NCBI GenBank assembly: GCA_038534295.1
Contig: JBCAXA010000003.1
Span: 263,926 to 327,925 of the forward strand
DNA from: Pseudomonadota bacterium
GTDB lineage: Bacteria > Pseudomonadota > Gammaproteobacteria > Steroidobacterales > Woeseiaceae
DNA: 64,000 nt
Direction of reading: 5' to 3'
Shown: piece after piece, positions 27,310 through 38,400 of the stretch
How positions within the stretch are numbered: the stretch's first letter is position 1
How the letters are laid out: every line of letters starts with the position of its first letter
Notes under the pieces: generated by a model
Seen by the model: the letters and a program-made list of their open reading frames with translations, nothing else
Databases searched by the model: none
What the model was told of the DNA's origin: nothing
Position numbers and translations under genes: made by a program

Positions 27310-28232
27310 CAGACTCCAGGCTGTGCCACGCAGCCGAGTTCGTCTCCCGCGGGGTTCGACAGTAGCTCCATGCTATCGATCCACAGCGTCTCGCCGACGC
27401 CGGGTCTGAGTGCGAGCGTTGACGGTTCCACGTGCACACCGCGACCGTCGCGCATAGCAATGTACGCGCCATTGCGGCTCACCGGTTCGGTACCCAGCAC
27501 CAGGCGAGCAAACACAGGTGCCGTCGTTGCCACCGTGCCGGTGCGGTCTTTTGGCATCGTATGGGGAACGATGCGTTTCACGAGAGCAGCAACCAGTTTG
27601 GGAAATTCCCGCGAGAGATTGGTCTCCGGCAGAAATCCGGGGTCAAAGCTGACCGAGCGTAAGTTTGGATAGCGATTGGCGATCTCCCTCGCCAGTAGGA
27701 TGCAGCACAGTTTTGACGCGGTGTAAGCACGCGCCGCCGCGCGAGGACCGAGCCGGTCGCGATACGGATCGCGATCGGGGAAGGCCAGCCAGGGAACGCT
27801 TGCGTGTCGAGGTGCCGGCGGCGGTGCTTTCTCGTCCGGGTCGTGGGTACCGCTGCCCGTAGTCAGAACGATCGCATCGTTCGTCAGCCGACTCTCGAGT
27901 AGCTGAAACATCAAAAAGTGGCCGAGATAGTTCACCTGAAACGTCCGGTCGAATCCGTCTTCGGTCATCCGCATCTTGTTGGATGTGATCCCGGCGTTCA
28001 TCGCCAGCGCGCAAATCGGCCCATCGCCGACTTCGTCGCAGAACTGGCGCACGCTCGTAAGACTCTCCAAGTCCAGTCGTACTGCTCGTACGTGATCGCC
28101 AAAGCTGACCGGAACAGATGACACATCGCGCGCGCCGACGACGACAGGACCCGTATGATGCTCGGCGATCGTCGCGAGGGCAGTGCGCCCGAATCCGGAC
28201 GTTGCTCCGGTAATGACAATAGTTGCGCTCAT
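27309..28232 (-). CDS. Short-chain dehydrogenase/reductase (SDR) family oxidoreductase.
   Basis: N-terminal Rossmann motif IVITGATSGFGRTAL (TGxxxGxG); length about 300 aa. Confidence 0.75.
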   Translation of the reverse strand: MSATIVITGATSGFGRTALATIAEHHTGPVVVGARDVSSVPVSFGDHVRAVRLDLESLTSVRQFCDEVGDGPICALAMNAGITSNKMRMTEDGFDRTFQVNYLGHFLMFQLLESRLTNDAIVLTTGSGTHDPDEKAPPPAPRHASVPWLAFPDRDPYRDRLGPRAAARAYTASKLCCILLAREIANRYPNLRSVSFDPGFLPETNLSREFPKLVAALVKRIVPHTMPKDRTGTVATTAPVFARLVLGTEPVSRNGAYIAMRDGRGVHVEPSTLALRPGVGETLWIDSMELLSNPAGDELGCVAQPGV

Positions 28233-28238
28233 TGGACC

Positions 28239-28736
28239 TTAATTCCCTCGTTGCTCGGGCCGGTCCATGGCGAAGCCGTGATTCGGTAGCGGCTCGTCGG
28301 CCGCCAACGGTTGGAAAGTAGCAGTGCGGCCAAGCAGCGAGATACCCACAAAACCGCGCATCTTCAGTGCGCCGTCTTCGACCCACAGCGTGCCTCGATA
28401 GGTCCGACCGTTGTCTGGGGCGTATACGCGACCGTCTCGCCAACGATCCTCGCCATCGAAGCGAAATCCGGTGATGAACGGCACCCCCAATAGATCGCGA
28501 CTTCGCAACGCTGGATCCGGATTCTCCGTGTCCAGCATCGGTTCAGCGCTCCAAATCGCTTTGCCAAAGACGACGCCGTCGGTCGAGTAGATCTCGACAA
28601 TGGCGTCCCGGTCCGGATTCCAGTATCGACCGACAATCGGGTCATCCGCACCAGCGGACAGCCATGAAGACGCGAAAATGGACAGAGCCGCCGCCCCAAG
28701 CGTGCACAATCTAAGCATGTGTTTCTTTAATGACAA
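28239..28736 (-). CDS. DUF2147-like periplasmic protein with signal peptide.
   Basis: Signal peptide; core ENPDPALRSRDLLGVPFITGFRFDGEDRWRDGRVYAPDNGRTYRGTLWVEDGALKMRGFVGISLLGRTATF matches the DUF2147 consensus pattern. Confidence 0.6.
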   Translation of the reverse strand: MSLKKHMLRLCTLGAAALSIFASSWLSAGADDPIVGRYWNPDRDAIVEIYSTDGVVFGKAIWSAEPMLDTENPDPALRSRDLLGVPFITGFRFDGEDRWRDGRVYAPDNGRTYRGTLWVEDGALKMRGFVGISLLGRTATFQPLAADEPLPNHGFAMDRPEQRGN

Positions 28737-28794
28737 AAAAGCGTATTTGTCATTAGTATCACCTATAATGCCCGTTTACAAGTGCTGACCGTCA

Positions 28795-29394
28795 ATGGCC
28801 AAACGACCCGCGCGCAGACAGAACGACACGCAAGTCACGCGTGATGCCATCGCCGAGGCGGCCGAAAGACTGATCGTTCAGGGTGGTGTGCACGCGCTGA
28901 ACATCTCGAAAATCGCCCGCGAGCTCGGTATGTCGCACGGCAACGTCTATCGCCATTTCTCATCGAAAGACGAGTTGGCTGCCGAAATTGCGATGCGATG
29001 GATGGGCGAAACACGCGACGCGTGCCAGTCGGCCGTTGATATCGACGCACCCGCCGCCGAGCGGCTGCGCGCGCTCGTGATGACCATTCGCAAACAGATT
29101 CTGAGTCGCGCGAATAACCCGGACGCTTTCGCGATCTATCGCTTCGTTCTGGAGCACCGTCCGGCGGAAGCGCTTGCTCACCACCAGCATCGGCGAAACT
29201 TGATTGTTCGGATCCTCGAGGATGCCAATTTCTCGACCGACCAGAGTCTTGCAGCAGAGGCAGAACGCTTCCTCGATGCGCTTCGCTTCTTCATCGATCC
29301 ATTCGCGATGGTGGCTTATCGCAACGTGGACATGACGGCTAGGATCGAGCAGGTAGTAGACCTGCTGGCGGGCTACATCCAGTCCCGGACCTAA
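28795..29394 (+). CDS. TetR/AcrR-family transcriptional regulator.
   Basis: N-terminal HTH AIAEAAERLIVQGGVHALNISKIARELGMSHGNVYRHFSSKDEL, typical TetR signature; about 200 aa. Confidence 0.8.
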   Translation: MAKRPARRQNDTQVTRDAIAEAAERLIVQGGVHALNISKIARELGMSHGNVYRHFSSKDELAAEIAMRWMGETRDACQSAVDIDAPAAERLRALVMTIRKQILSRANNPDAFAIYRFVLEHRPAEALAHHQHRRNLIVRILEDANFSTDQSLAAEAERFLDALRFFIDPFAMVAYRNVDMTARIEQVVDLLAGYIQSRT

Positions 29395-29594
29395 CCGACC
29401 GGTCAGCGTCGGCAGCCACATCGCGGCGCCGCCTCGACGATGCACGCTCCCAGCGACCTTCTTGCCGTCGCGCTACGACTTTCGTTGGAGCCTGGCAGGC
29501 CTTCTTTACATTTCCTGCCATAGCTGCCGACCTTCGTCACACTCTGTCGGCCAAACTAAGAACCATCAGATCAACTCACCCCCCATAAGGACAC

Positions 29595-30263
29595 GTGATG
29601 AAAACGACGAAGTTTGCGGTTTTGAGTACCACGGCGGCGCTGCTGCTCGCCATGCAACCCGCGTTTGCCCAGGACGAAACGGATTCAGCGCGCGGCGTCG
29701 ATGGTTCCAGTTCCGTTGTCCAAAACGATGACGGCTCTGTGACCTATCAACAGGACCGCACGTACACGAATCGTGATGGCGAGAGCGTCACCAAAAGCAA
29801 TACGGTCGATGCGGCGCGCGATGACGAAGGCACGCTGACCGTCGATCGTCGCAACGATGTCAGCACCAGCGACGGTCGCAGCGCTTCCACCGAGCAGCAA
29901 AGCCAGCTCAGTCGCGGCGAAGACGGGTCCGGCTCGTTCAGCCGCAACCGGAGTGGTTCAGCGACGAACGCAGAGGGAGAAACTCGCACGGCTCAGGGTG
30001 AACGGCAGTCCGACTGGGGCAAGAACGAAGACGGCGGTCGCGATTTCGACTCGACCTGGGGTGCATCGACCAGCGAAGGACGGGCTGGAGAGGGTACTCG
30101 TTCCGCCCGAACAACACGCGATGGCGCCGGTAACGCGACATTTGAGTCGATGCGTGATCGCACGACCGGTCAGGGTGGTATCAGCGTCCAGCGCGACGGT
30201 TCCCGCCAGGTCGGCGAAAACGGTGCGACCCGCGATCGCAGCCGGAGCCGCAAGCGCAAATAA
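29595..30263 (+). CDS. Secreted low-complexity (D/G/S/R/T-rich, likely disordered) protein.
   Basis: Signal peptide MMKTTKFAVLSTTAALLLAMQPAFA, then a compositionally biased sequence with a basic tail RSRSRKRK. Confidence 0.45.
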   Translation: MMKTTKFAVLSTTAALLLAMQPAFAQDETDSARGVDGSSSVVQNDDGSVTYQQDRTYTNRDGESVTKSNTVDAARDDEGTLTVDRRNDVSTSDGRSASTEQQSQLSRGEDGSGSFSRNRSGSATNAEGETRTAQGERQSDWGKNEDGGRDFDSTWGASTSEGRAGEGTRSARTTRDGAGNATFESMRDRTTGQGGISVQRDGSRQVGENGATRDRSRSRKRK

Positions 30264-30500
30264 GTACACACGTTTATGCCGCCGGGCCCGACTTGCTCCT
30301 CCTCCCCCTCGCTTCTCCGTAGCGGGTCCGGCGGCAACCTCCAGCTCTCCAAATGCTTATGCCCGATTGGAATTTCCTGCTTGCCTCGCCCATGCGGCAT
30401 TCGCGTTTGACGCCATACCCTTCATTGCAATTCTTGACAGCAAATCACGTCCCACTCGCTATCGTAGTCCTAACTCGCTAATGCCCCTGGATGCGCTCTC

Positions 30501-31283
30501 GTGAAACCGACCACCCTAGCGATAGTTAGCCTGCTGATGACTGTTGGACCGAAAATCGCGTCAGCCGATCCGAACGACGCATCGCTCGAAGCGATGATTG
30601 CGCTGTCTATTATCGTCAGCGAGCCGCGTACCGAGCCGCTCGATTTGTTGACTTGCCACGACGGATTTTGGGTCGCCGATTACGAAACCGACGATCGGGA
30701 ATCGCTGACGGTCGTCAACGACACCCACATCGACGTACAGAATCGTCGCACCACCGTTTATGCCCAGATCACGTCCTCTACGGGCGACGTCATCGCACCA
30801 CCACAGCTGAACACGGGCGAGTGTCGAACGGATTCGAACGACGAGACGGTTTGTTTCCACCCCAATGCCGTTTATCTCAACGGCAGCGGCCAGGAGCTGG
30901 CGGTGGCCGATGGCACTGGCGATTGGTGGGCAAAGTATTCTTGGATCGACGGTGGGCCTGCGTATTACAACTGCCAGCTGGCGGCGCGGGAGGACTACCA
31001 GTGCGCCTGGGTGAAAGCGAGATTGCTCGATGACGGCAAAACGATGCGCATTGGCGGCGTCAACGCGGTCACAAGAAACATTTTTGATACGCGCAGCCCG
31101 ATCGTTGGCGATTTCGGCATAACCTACGAGATTAACCGCTACCTCGACTTGGGCTGGGAGCCTCTCGAGCCGACGTTCTCGTTAACCGCCGATTGCATCG
31201 AAGACCCGAGTCCGCTCGACGGTCGGCGGCGGGCGTGTCCACACCGCGTCCACAGTCGGTGCGGACGTCTCGTCTACGATTGA
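30501..31283 (+). CDS. Secreted hypothetical protein (260 aa, several Cys).
   Basis: Signal peptide IVSLLMTVGPKIASA; the mature part has no recognised motif. Confidence 0.4.
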   Translation: MKPTTLAIVSLLMTVGPKIASADPNDASLEAMIALSIIVSEPRTEPLDLLTCHDGFWVADYETDDRESLTVVNDTHIDVQNRRTTVYAQITSSTGDVIAPPQLNTGECRTDSNDETVCFHPNAVYLNGSGQELAVADGTGDWWAKYSWIDGGPAYYNCQLAAREDYQCAWVKARLLDDGKTMRIGGVNAVTRNIFDTRSPIVGDFGITYEINRYLDLGWEPLEPTFSLTADCIEDPSPLDGRRRACPHRVHSRCGRLVYD

Positions 31284-31311
31284 TTTCAGCAGTTGTCTGG
31301 CGTGCCGTCGC

Positions 31312-31830
31312 TCAGTCAAAAACCACGATGGCATCAACTTCAAACAGCATATCGTCGAGGGCCAGCCGTGGCACGGGCACCAGCGTCTGTGCCGGCAACG
31401 ACTCCCCGAACACCTCGGTGACGGCTGCCGTCATCACGGCCAGCATGGATTGCTCGTAGTCAACGACGTACGTGGTGATTTTGGTGACCTGGGCTGGTTC
31501 TGCGCCGACGGCCGCGATGGCTGAGAGCAGGTTCCGATAAGCTTGACGCACTTGCTCGTCGAATTCTGGCGACAGCGCACCATCAAGAGTCTCGCCGCCC
31601 TGGCCGGCGATAAACGCCACGTTCGAGACGCCGTTCGCAACGACCGCGTGGCTGTAACCGTTCGGTGCCGGGTCGTAGAGGTCAGGCGGGTTAACGATAT
31701 TCAGCTGCAGTTGTCCGGTCGATCTCTCGCCGGTCACCATCGATGCGCTCATTAGCAGCAGTACTCCCAATGAAAAGTATGAAATGACTCGGTTGGTTGT
31801 CATGGCCCGATTGTTCATGGGTAGTCGCAC
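31312..31830 (-). CDS. RidA/YjgF/TdcF-family protein with N-terminal signal peptide (periplasmic RidA-like).
   Basis: C-terminal region AYRNLLSAIAAVGAEPAQVTKITTYVVDYEQ...LPAQTLVPVPRLALDDMLFEVDAIVVFD matches the RidA fold signature. A hydrophobic leader precedes it. Confidence 0.6.
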   Translation of the reverse strand: MRLPMNNRAMTTNRVISYFSLGVLLLMSASMVTGERSTGQLQLNIVNPPDLYDPAPNGYSHAVVANGVSNVAFIAGQGGETLDGALSPEFDEQVRQAYRNLLSAIAAVGAEPAQVTKITTYVVDYEQSMLAVMTAAVTEVFGESLPAQTLVPVPRLALDDMLFEVDAIVVFD

Positions 31831-31832
31831 CG

Positions 31833-32720
31833 TCAGTGGAGCGGTTGGGCCTTGAGCTTCGTTAGTTTGTCCGGATTGCGAACGATGTAGATATGCGTGA
31901 CCTTGCCGCTGTCGGCATAGGCGAACGTCACCGCCGCGACGACCTCATCGCCGTCTCGAATGACCACACCGCGTTCGCCGTTCATGTCCACGACGTTCCA
32001 AGCGTGGTCGTCCCAGTAGTCATGCAACCGAACTGACAGGAACTCCGTCACTGACTCGACACCGCGCAGAGTGTCCAAGATTGCTGGGACCTTGCCGCCG
32101 CCGTCTGCGACCAAGCGGATATCGTCGGCGAGTAGGGGTGTCAGATGGCCGGTCGTACCGCTCTTAATCGCAGTTTCGAAAGCGGCTAACAGTTCGTCCT
32201 GTCGCTGAATCGGAACCCTAAAGCGGGTACGCGTCGAATCGATGTTGTCCTTCGCGCGCGATACCAGTTTTCGACAGGCCGGTTCGCTGACATCCAACGT
32301 CGCAGCAACGTCCCGATAGGGCAGTTCGAAGATTTCGTGCAGCAGATAGGCGGCGCGCTCTCGGGGTGTCAATCGTTGCAACATTAGAAGGAACGCCGTT
32401 TTCAGCGACGTCGCCAGGTCTAGGTCGGCATCGGATGCGTCCTGAATGGCCGTTTGAATGGGTTCGGGCAGCCACGTGCCGACGTAGTCGACCCTCGATC
32501 GGTGTGCGCCCCGCAAAACGTCGAGACACTGCCGCGTGCATGCGGTGGTCAGCCACGCCGGTGGGCTGACGATGGCTTCGCGATCGACGTTGGCCCATTT
32601 CAGAAAAGTCTCCTGAACGGCATCCTCGGCATCCGTGAGTGAACCGAGTATCCGGTACGCCAACCCCAGTAGCCGGGGTCGGACGTCCTCGAAAGTCTGC
32701 GTGTCGGATTGGCTCAGCAT
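31833..32720 (-). CDS. ECF sigma-70 factor with C-terminal SnoaL-like extension (ECF41-like).
   Basis: Sigma region 2 (DAEDAVQETFLKW) and region 4 (RERAAYLLHEIFELPYRDVAATLDVSEPACRKLVSRAK) are present. It is about 295 aa, with an extra roughly 100-aa C-terminal tail, and sits adjacent to an AhpD-like gene, as is typical for ECF41. Confidence 0.65.
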   Translation of the reverse strand: MLSQSDTQTFEDVRPRLLGLAYRILGSLTDAEDAVQETFLKWANVDREAIVSPPAWLTTACTRQCLDVLRGAHRSRVDYVGTWLPEPIQTAIQDASDADLDLATSLKTAFLLMLQRLTPRERAAYLLHEIFELPYRDVAATLDVSEPACRKLVSRAKDNIDSTRTRFRVPIQRQDELLAAFETAIKSGTTGHLTPLLADDIRLVADGGGKVPAILDTLRGVESVTEFLSVRLHDYWDDHAWNVVDMNGERGVVIRDGDEVVAAVTFAYADSGKVTHIYIVRNPDKLTKLKAQPLH

Positions 32721-32721
32721 G

Positions 32722-33153
32722 TCAGTGCCGTGAAATGTTGATGCGGTTCCATAGATTGATCATCGCTACTGTCGCCGTCAGCGCACCAATCTCGGCTTCG
32801 GAAAAATGCTCTCTGAGGCGGGCGCGGAGCGGGCCCAAATTGGTCGCGGGCTCGAGCAATGTCAGTGCCTCGGTCCACGCCAGCGCTGCCCGCTCCTTGT
32901 CGCTGAAATCATCGACCTGGTCCCACACGACAACCCGGTCCAAGCGCGTGTTTGACTCGCCATCCTGGCGCGCTTCGCGCGTGTGCATCTTGATACAAAA
33001 AGCACAGCGATTGATTTGCGATGCGCGCAGCTGAACGAGGTGGTGAACGGTCCGGTCGAGGCCATGTTCGTTGATGGCCTGATGAACACCCGCCATCGAG
33101 GACATCACGTCGGGAATCACTCGTTCATAGCCAATAGGCATTGTGTCGTTCAT
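32722..33153 (-). CDS. Carboxymuconolactone decarboxylase/AhpD-like family protein.
   Basis: CxxC-containing motif INRCAFCIKMHT, typical of the AhpD core; 143 aa. Confidence 0.65.
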   Translation of the reverse strand: MNDTMPIGYERVIPDVMSSMAGVHQAINEHGLDRTVHHLVQLRASQINRCAFCIKMHTREARQDGESNTRLDRVVVWDQVDDFSDKERAALAWTEALTLLEPATNLGPLRARLREHFSEAEIGALTATVAMINLWNRINISRH

Positions 33154-33315
33154 ACCGGCACTCGCTCAGCATTTGTTGTTCGATGCTGATATGACGAATT
33201 ACGCGGTGCGTTTGTGACGCACGACGATCAGAAACTCGAAACATTCGTCTGCGCAGGTTGCGGTCGGCTGCCCAGGACCCGTGCCGTTACGTACCGCGAT
33301 GCGCTGCAATCAATC

Positions 33316-35226
33316 TCAACTGCGCGGTATGTCGAGCTCGAGATTTAGGCCGGTCAATTTGTCCTCGTCCAAACCGACTTTGTCGAGAAACGCGTGCCAG
33401 CGATCGTCGTCGCGCAAATTGTCGTACCAGCGCTGTAAACGTACTTCGCCCCAGCCGGCCGCTCCGTACTTCTCGTAGTCCTTGTCCAGCCATTCGAAAG
33501 CGGCGTCGAGTTCGCCCCGAAACGCATAGACGTCCGCGATGACGCCTGGCCATTTCTCGGCCCAGGTCTCTGTCAGCTCCGCGAGCGCCGCGTCCGAGCC
33601 GTCTGCGTCATCCATGATGTACCGAGTCACCGAAATGCCCTTCAGGCGGTTATAGCCACTGAGCGCCTCGAACTCAGCGAGCGCGGCCTCCGGCTCTCCG
33701 GTGAGCAGCAGCGTCTCGGCGAGCTGATACTGCGCACCGTTGTAATCCGGATTCATCTCGCGAACTTTGCGAAAGCTCACCAGTGCACCTTCGAGCTGGT
33801 CGGCGTACTTATAGGTAACACCCAGGTTGTAGCGCAATCTTGGATCCGTGGGCGAACGCCGTATGCAGTAACGCAGCACGTCAATGGCCTGGTCGAGCTG
33901 ACCGGCTTGCAGCAGCAGTATGGCGGCGTCCGGCAAAATGGTAACGTCCAGCGAATTGATCGCCAGCGCCCGCTGCATGTGGGCAAAGGCCGCGCGCAAA
34001 TCTCCGTCGTAGCGGTGCGCGACCCAGGCGAGTTCAGCGTGCCCGCCGGCGTATTCAGGATCTGCGGCCACCGCGGTTTCGGCGGCTTCGCGTGCTGCTG
34101 CAAAGCCGCGATCCCAGTCCCAAAATCCCTGGCCGGCCAAGTTGTTGTAAACGTCGGCCATCTGCGCCCACGCCGGCGCGTAGTCGGGATCGATCAACAC
34201 CGCTTCGCGCAGTAGCTCAATGGCGTTTTCGAACTCTTGCTGATTGCCGCCGCGAGCCAGATGGCGAGCCTCGAGATAGAGCGTGTACGCCTCTGGATCG
34301 GTACGCCGCGCCGTAGCCGTATCGCCGAGCGCGCTGACCTCCAGGGTGGCGGCGACACGCGCGGAGATATCCTCCTGAATGTCGAAAATGTTGCCTACGG
34401 GTTGGTCGAAGCGGTCACGCCAAATGATGTTGCCGCTAGCCGCGTCAACCAGTTGGGTGCGGATTCGCAGCAAATCACCGTCGCGGGCAACGCTGCCTTC
34501 CACCAGATGCCGAACGCCGAGTCGTTGACCGATCTCCGGCGCAGCCAACGACGATTCCCGGAACTGAAAGGCCGACGTGCGCGACGTAACCGTTAGCGCC
34601 GGATTGCCTGCGAGCAGCGACATTAACTCCTCTGCCAGACCGTCGGCGAAGTAGGCCTGATCCTGAGCAGCCGTCATATCCTCAAACGGCAGCACGGCGA
34701 CCGAGCGGTCATCGACAATCGGCGCGACAGCGGCTGCAACGCTGGCGTCGGTTGGCCGGTCAATCGCGCGTTCAATGACAATTTGCACGACGGCCGCCAG
34801 CACGAGCACCGCAAACCCGACCAGCATTTTGCGCAGCGTCACGAAACGCGCCGCGCGAGACGCCAGCGTTTCTTCGCTGGCTGCGCTCGGCGGCGCTGTG
34901 TTGTTCAGCTCGCGTGGCGCTGTCAGCAGGCGATAGCCGCGTTTCGGCACCGTCATGATGTAGGTCGGGTCGGAACGCGAATCGTCGAGCGCTTTTCGTA
35001 GATCGGCAATGCAGCGGGTTAGCGGTTCATCGCTAACCGCCCGTTCGCCCCAGACGTTGGCCAGCAGCGACTCTCGTTCGACGACACCGCCGGCCGCGTC
35101 CGCAAGACACAACAACACGTCCATGCTTTTCGGCGTTACGTGACGTTCGTCGTCGCCGCGTTGCAGCCGGCCTTCCAGCGGCAGCACGGTCCAGTCGCCT
35201 AGTAGAAAACCGTCGCGCAAGTTCAA
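33316..35226 (-). CDS. CadC/ToxR-like regulator: N-terminal OmpR/PhoB winged-helix DNA-binding domain, one TM helix, periplasmic TPR-repeat domain.
   Basis: Winged-helix motifs VTPKSMDVLLCLADAAGGVVERESLLANVW and PKRGYRL; TM helix LVGFAVLVLAAVVQIVI; multiple TPR-like repeats in the C-terminal 400 aa. Confidence 0.6.
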   Translation of the reverse strand: MNLRDGFLLGDWTVLPLEGRLQRGDDERHVTPKSMDVLLCLADAAGGVVERESLLANVWGERAVSDEPLTRCIADLRKALDDSRSDPTYIMTVPKRGYRLLTAPRELNNTAPPSAASEETLASRAARFVTLRKMLVGFAVLVLAAVVQIVIERAIDRPTDASVAAAVAPIVDDRSVAVLPFEDMTAAQDQAYFADGLAEELMSLLAGNPALTVTSRTSAFQFRESSLAAPEIGQRLGVRHLVEGSVARDGDLLRIRTQLVDAASGNIIWRDRFDQPVGNIFDIQEDISARVAATLEVSALGDTATARRTDPEAYTLYLEARHLARGGNQQEFENAIELLREAVLIDPDYAPAWAQMADVYNNLAGQGFWDWDRGFAAAREAAETAVAADPEYAGGHAELAWVAHRYDGDLRAAFAHMQRALAINSLDVTILPDAAILLLQAGQLDQAIDVLRYCIRRSPTDPRLRYNLGVTYKYADQLEGALVSFRKVREMNPDYNGAQYQLAETLLLTGEPEAALAEFEALSGYNRLKGISVTRYIMDDADGSDAALAELTETWAEKWPGVIADVYAFRGELDAAFEWLDKDYEKYGAAGWGEVRLQRWYDNLRDDDRWHAFLDKVGLDEDKLTGLNLELDIPRS

Positions 35227-35452
35227 AGCAGGGTCTCAGTCCAAAGCCGAGGTACGGTCACTTGCCAAAACATCACGGTGCCTTGTTCCTCGTCGGATTC
35301 GCGGATTGAATATTGCTGCTCGGTGCGACCATTTTAGCCCGCACCGAGTTCGCCTCGCTCCCATGATTCGCCACAACTTACGCACTATGCCGCGCCCGTC
35401 GGTCGTTTAGCATCTATGCAGACGCGATAAGATCGGCGGAACGATCGGGAGG

Positions 35453-38400
35453 GTGTCAATGGGGATAATAGGTCGGCTTATTGGCGTTATTCGCTGGACT
35501 CCACCACCTTGGCTGACGCAATTCGGGGTGCGCCGCTTTGGCGGCTTGCTCGTGCTCGTACTAGCGATTGCTGCGGGCGGTTACGCGTATCAGCGACATC
35601 TCGAAACAAAACCGAAACCTCCCGGTATTGTCGCGACCGCGACGGCCCCGGGGATAACGCCCATTGTCGATGGCGAACTCGTCCCCCAGCCATTGGTGTT
35701 GCGATTCGAGGTGGTTCCCGACCCGCGCGTGCCGGTCGAGACCGTCGAGTCGGTAGCGCCGCTCGAAGCTATTGATCGCACGGTCGATGCCGGAATCACG
35801 CTGTCGCCCGCGCACCCCGGCGAATGGCGTTGGCGTGACGAAACGACGCTCGTTTTCGCTCCGTCCGAAGACTGGCCGGCCGGTCAATCGTTCAAAGCGA
35901 GCTGGGAGCCGTCGCTGTTTGCACCGGGGCTGACGATTCGCGAGCGGAGCGTCGAATTCGAAACGCCGCCCTTCGCGGTGACGATCGACGAATTCGTTTT
36001 CTACCAAAACCCGGAAGACACGGCCGAGCGGCGCACCGTGGCGACGTTGTCGTTCACGCACCCGGTCGACCCGGACAGCCTCGACCGAGAACTTGAACTC
36101 CTGTTGCGCCGTTCCGGTGCCACCGTCGATGAGCCGGCTGACGCGCTCGAACGGGAGCTGCGCTTCGATCAAGCCGGTCGCGTCGCGTACGTCTCGTCGG
36201 AGACGCTGACGATTCCGCCCGAAGAGAACTTTGTGACGCTAGAGATCGACGCTGGTCTGGCGCCGACCCGCGGACCGTCGCGCGTCGACGAAGAGGTCGT
36301 CGGTTCGGTGCGGATACCGGACATTTCGAGCTACTTCCGTGTCGCCAACGTCGATGCGCAAATCGTGCGCGACGACAACAACGACCCGCATCAAGCGGTT
36401 ATCTTGGAGTTCACCGACCGGGTCGCGCTCGACGATCTCGAGTCGGTGTTGACCCTGTACCTGTTGCCACAGTCGGTAACTATTAATGGCCGCACTCACA
36501 ACAACAAGCGCTGGCAGTCGCCGCGCGAGGTAACACCAGATGTACTCGCCAGCGCCGAGCCAGTCGAGTTTACGCTCAACGCTGTCGAGAACGACGCGGC
36601 CGTGTTCCACAGCATGTCGCTCGACGTACCGCAGGGGCGATACTTATACATACGTGTCGAGTCCGGGCTCGCGTCCAGCGGCGATTTTGTGCTCGCGCAA
36701 GCGTTCGACACAGTCGTTCGTGCTCCCAACTATCCTCGCGAAGTCGCCATCGCGCAGTCCGGGGCGCTACTGCCGCTCACCGGCGATCACAAACTGACCT
36801 TTGTCGCCCGCGGCGTGGACGCGCTGCGCGTTGAGATCGGTCGCTTGCTCGACGGTGAAATAAACCATCTCGCCAGCCAGACCGGTGGCGATATTCGCAA
36901 TCCGTACTGGCAAAACTATCGGTTCAACGAGGAAAACCTGACGACCCGAACCGCGCGCTACATCGATCTTGAGACGGCGCATCCCAAACAGGCGGTCTAC
37001 GCCAGTCAGGACTTGAGTGAGTTTTTGCTGTCGGGTGGCTACTACTTCATCACCGTCCAAGGCTGGGACCGAGAGCGCAAACGAACGGTAGGGCCGCAGG
37101 ATCGGCGCTTTGTGCTGATCACCGACCTCGGACTGCTCGTCAAGAACAACGCCGACAATTCACACGATGTGTTCGTTCATTCGCTGGCGAGCGGTCGGCC
37201 TGCAGCGGGCGCGACGGTTCAGCTGCTTGGCAAGAACGGCATTCCCGTTTATGAGCGCCAAGTCGAGCGCGACGGACGGGCACGAATTCCTAGTACGAAG
37301 GACTTAAAGCGCGAACGGGCGCCGACCGTTTTTGTCGTTCGCAATGGTCTCGATTCGGTGTTTCTGCCGTTCGCCCGTCGCGAGCAAATGCTGCAGCTAT
37401 CGCGATTCGACGTAGGCGGTGACTATGTCCGCAACCGCACCGATGCGGATCGGTTGCGGGCACAAGTTTTTTCCGACCGCGGACTGTATCGCCCCGGCGA
37501 TACCGCGCGCCTTGCGGCGATCGTCAAACGCGATGACTGGATCCCTGTCGGTAATCTACCGCTGGTGCTCAATATTCGCGATCCGCGTTCGCAGACGGTC
37601 CTCGACGAGCGTCTTGCGTTGCCGGATGACGGCTTCTTCGATCGACCGTTCGAAACGGAAGCGGCCTCGGCGACCGGGAACTACACGGCGACGCTGTACC
37701 TGATCGACGAACGAGATCGCCGTCGAGCCATTGGTAGTACGCGCTTTAAAGTCGAAGAGTTTCAGCCGGATCGCATGCGGATCCGTTCGCGCATCGAAGG
37801 ACAGAAACCCGCCGGCTGGCTGAAACCCGGCAACCTTACCGCCGTCGTCGAGCTCGAGAATCTTTTCGGTACGCCGGCGTCGGATCGTCGCGTAACCGGC
37901 GAGGTCGAGCTTGCGCCGATTGCCGTGAGCTTTCCCGGTTACCCCGATTTCGTTTTTGACGATCCGCTGCGCCGCAGCAACACCGTGCTCGGCCCCGTCA
38001 CGTTGCCACTGCCGGAGGCAACCACGAATGACAACGGTGTTGCGCAAATCCCGCTAGACCTGACCCAATACGACAAAGGCATCTATCGGCTAACGGTCCA
38101 TACCGAGGGTTTTGAGGCTGGCGATGGGCGCAGCGTGCGGTCACGCGCGCAAACCATCCTGTCGCCTCTCGATGCATTGGTAGGCTACAAGAGCACCAGC
38201 AATCTTCAGTTTCTCGACCGCGACGCCGAGCACGACGTCGAGCTACTGGCGCTTTCAAGTTCCGCCGAGCCAATTGCTCTCGACAACCTGACCGTCGAAC
38301 GCATCGAAGAACGCTACGTATCCACACTGGTACGCCAGCCCAACGGTACCGTTGCGTATCAGTCGATATTGAAAGAAGAGTCCATCGCGAGCCGCGACTT

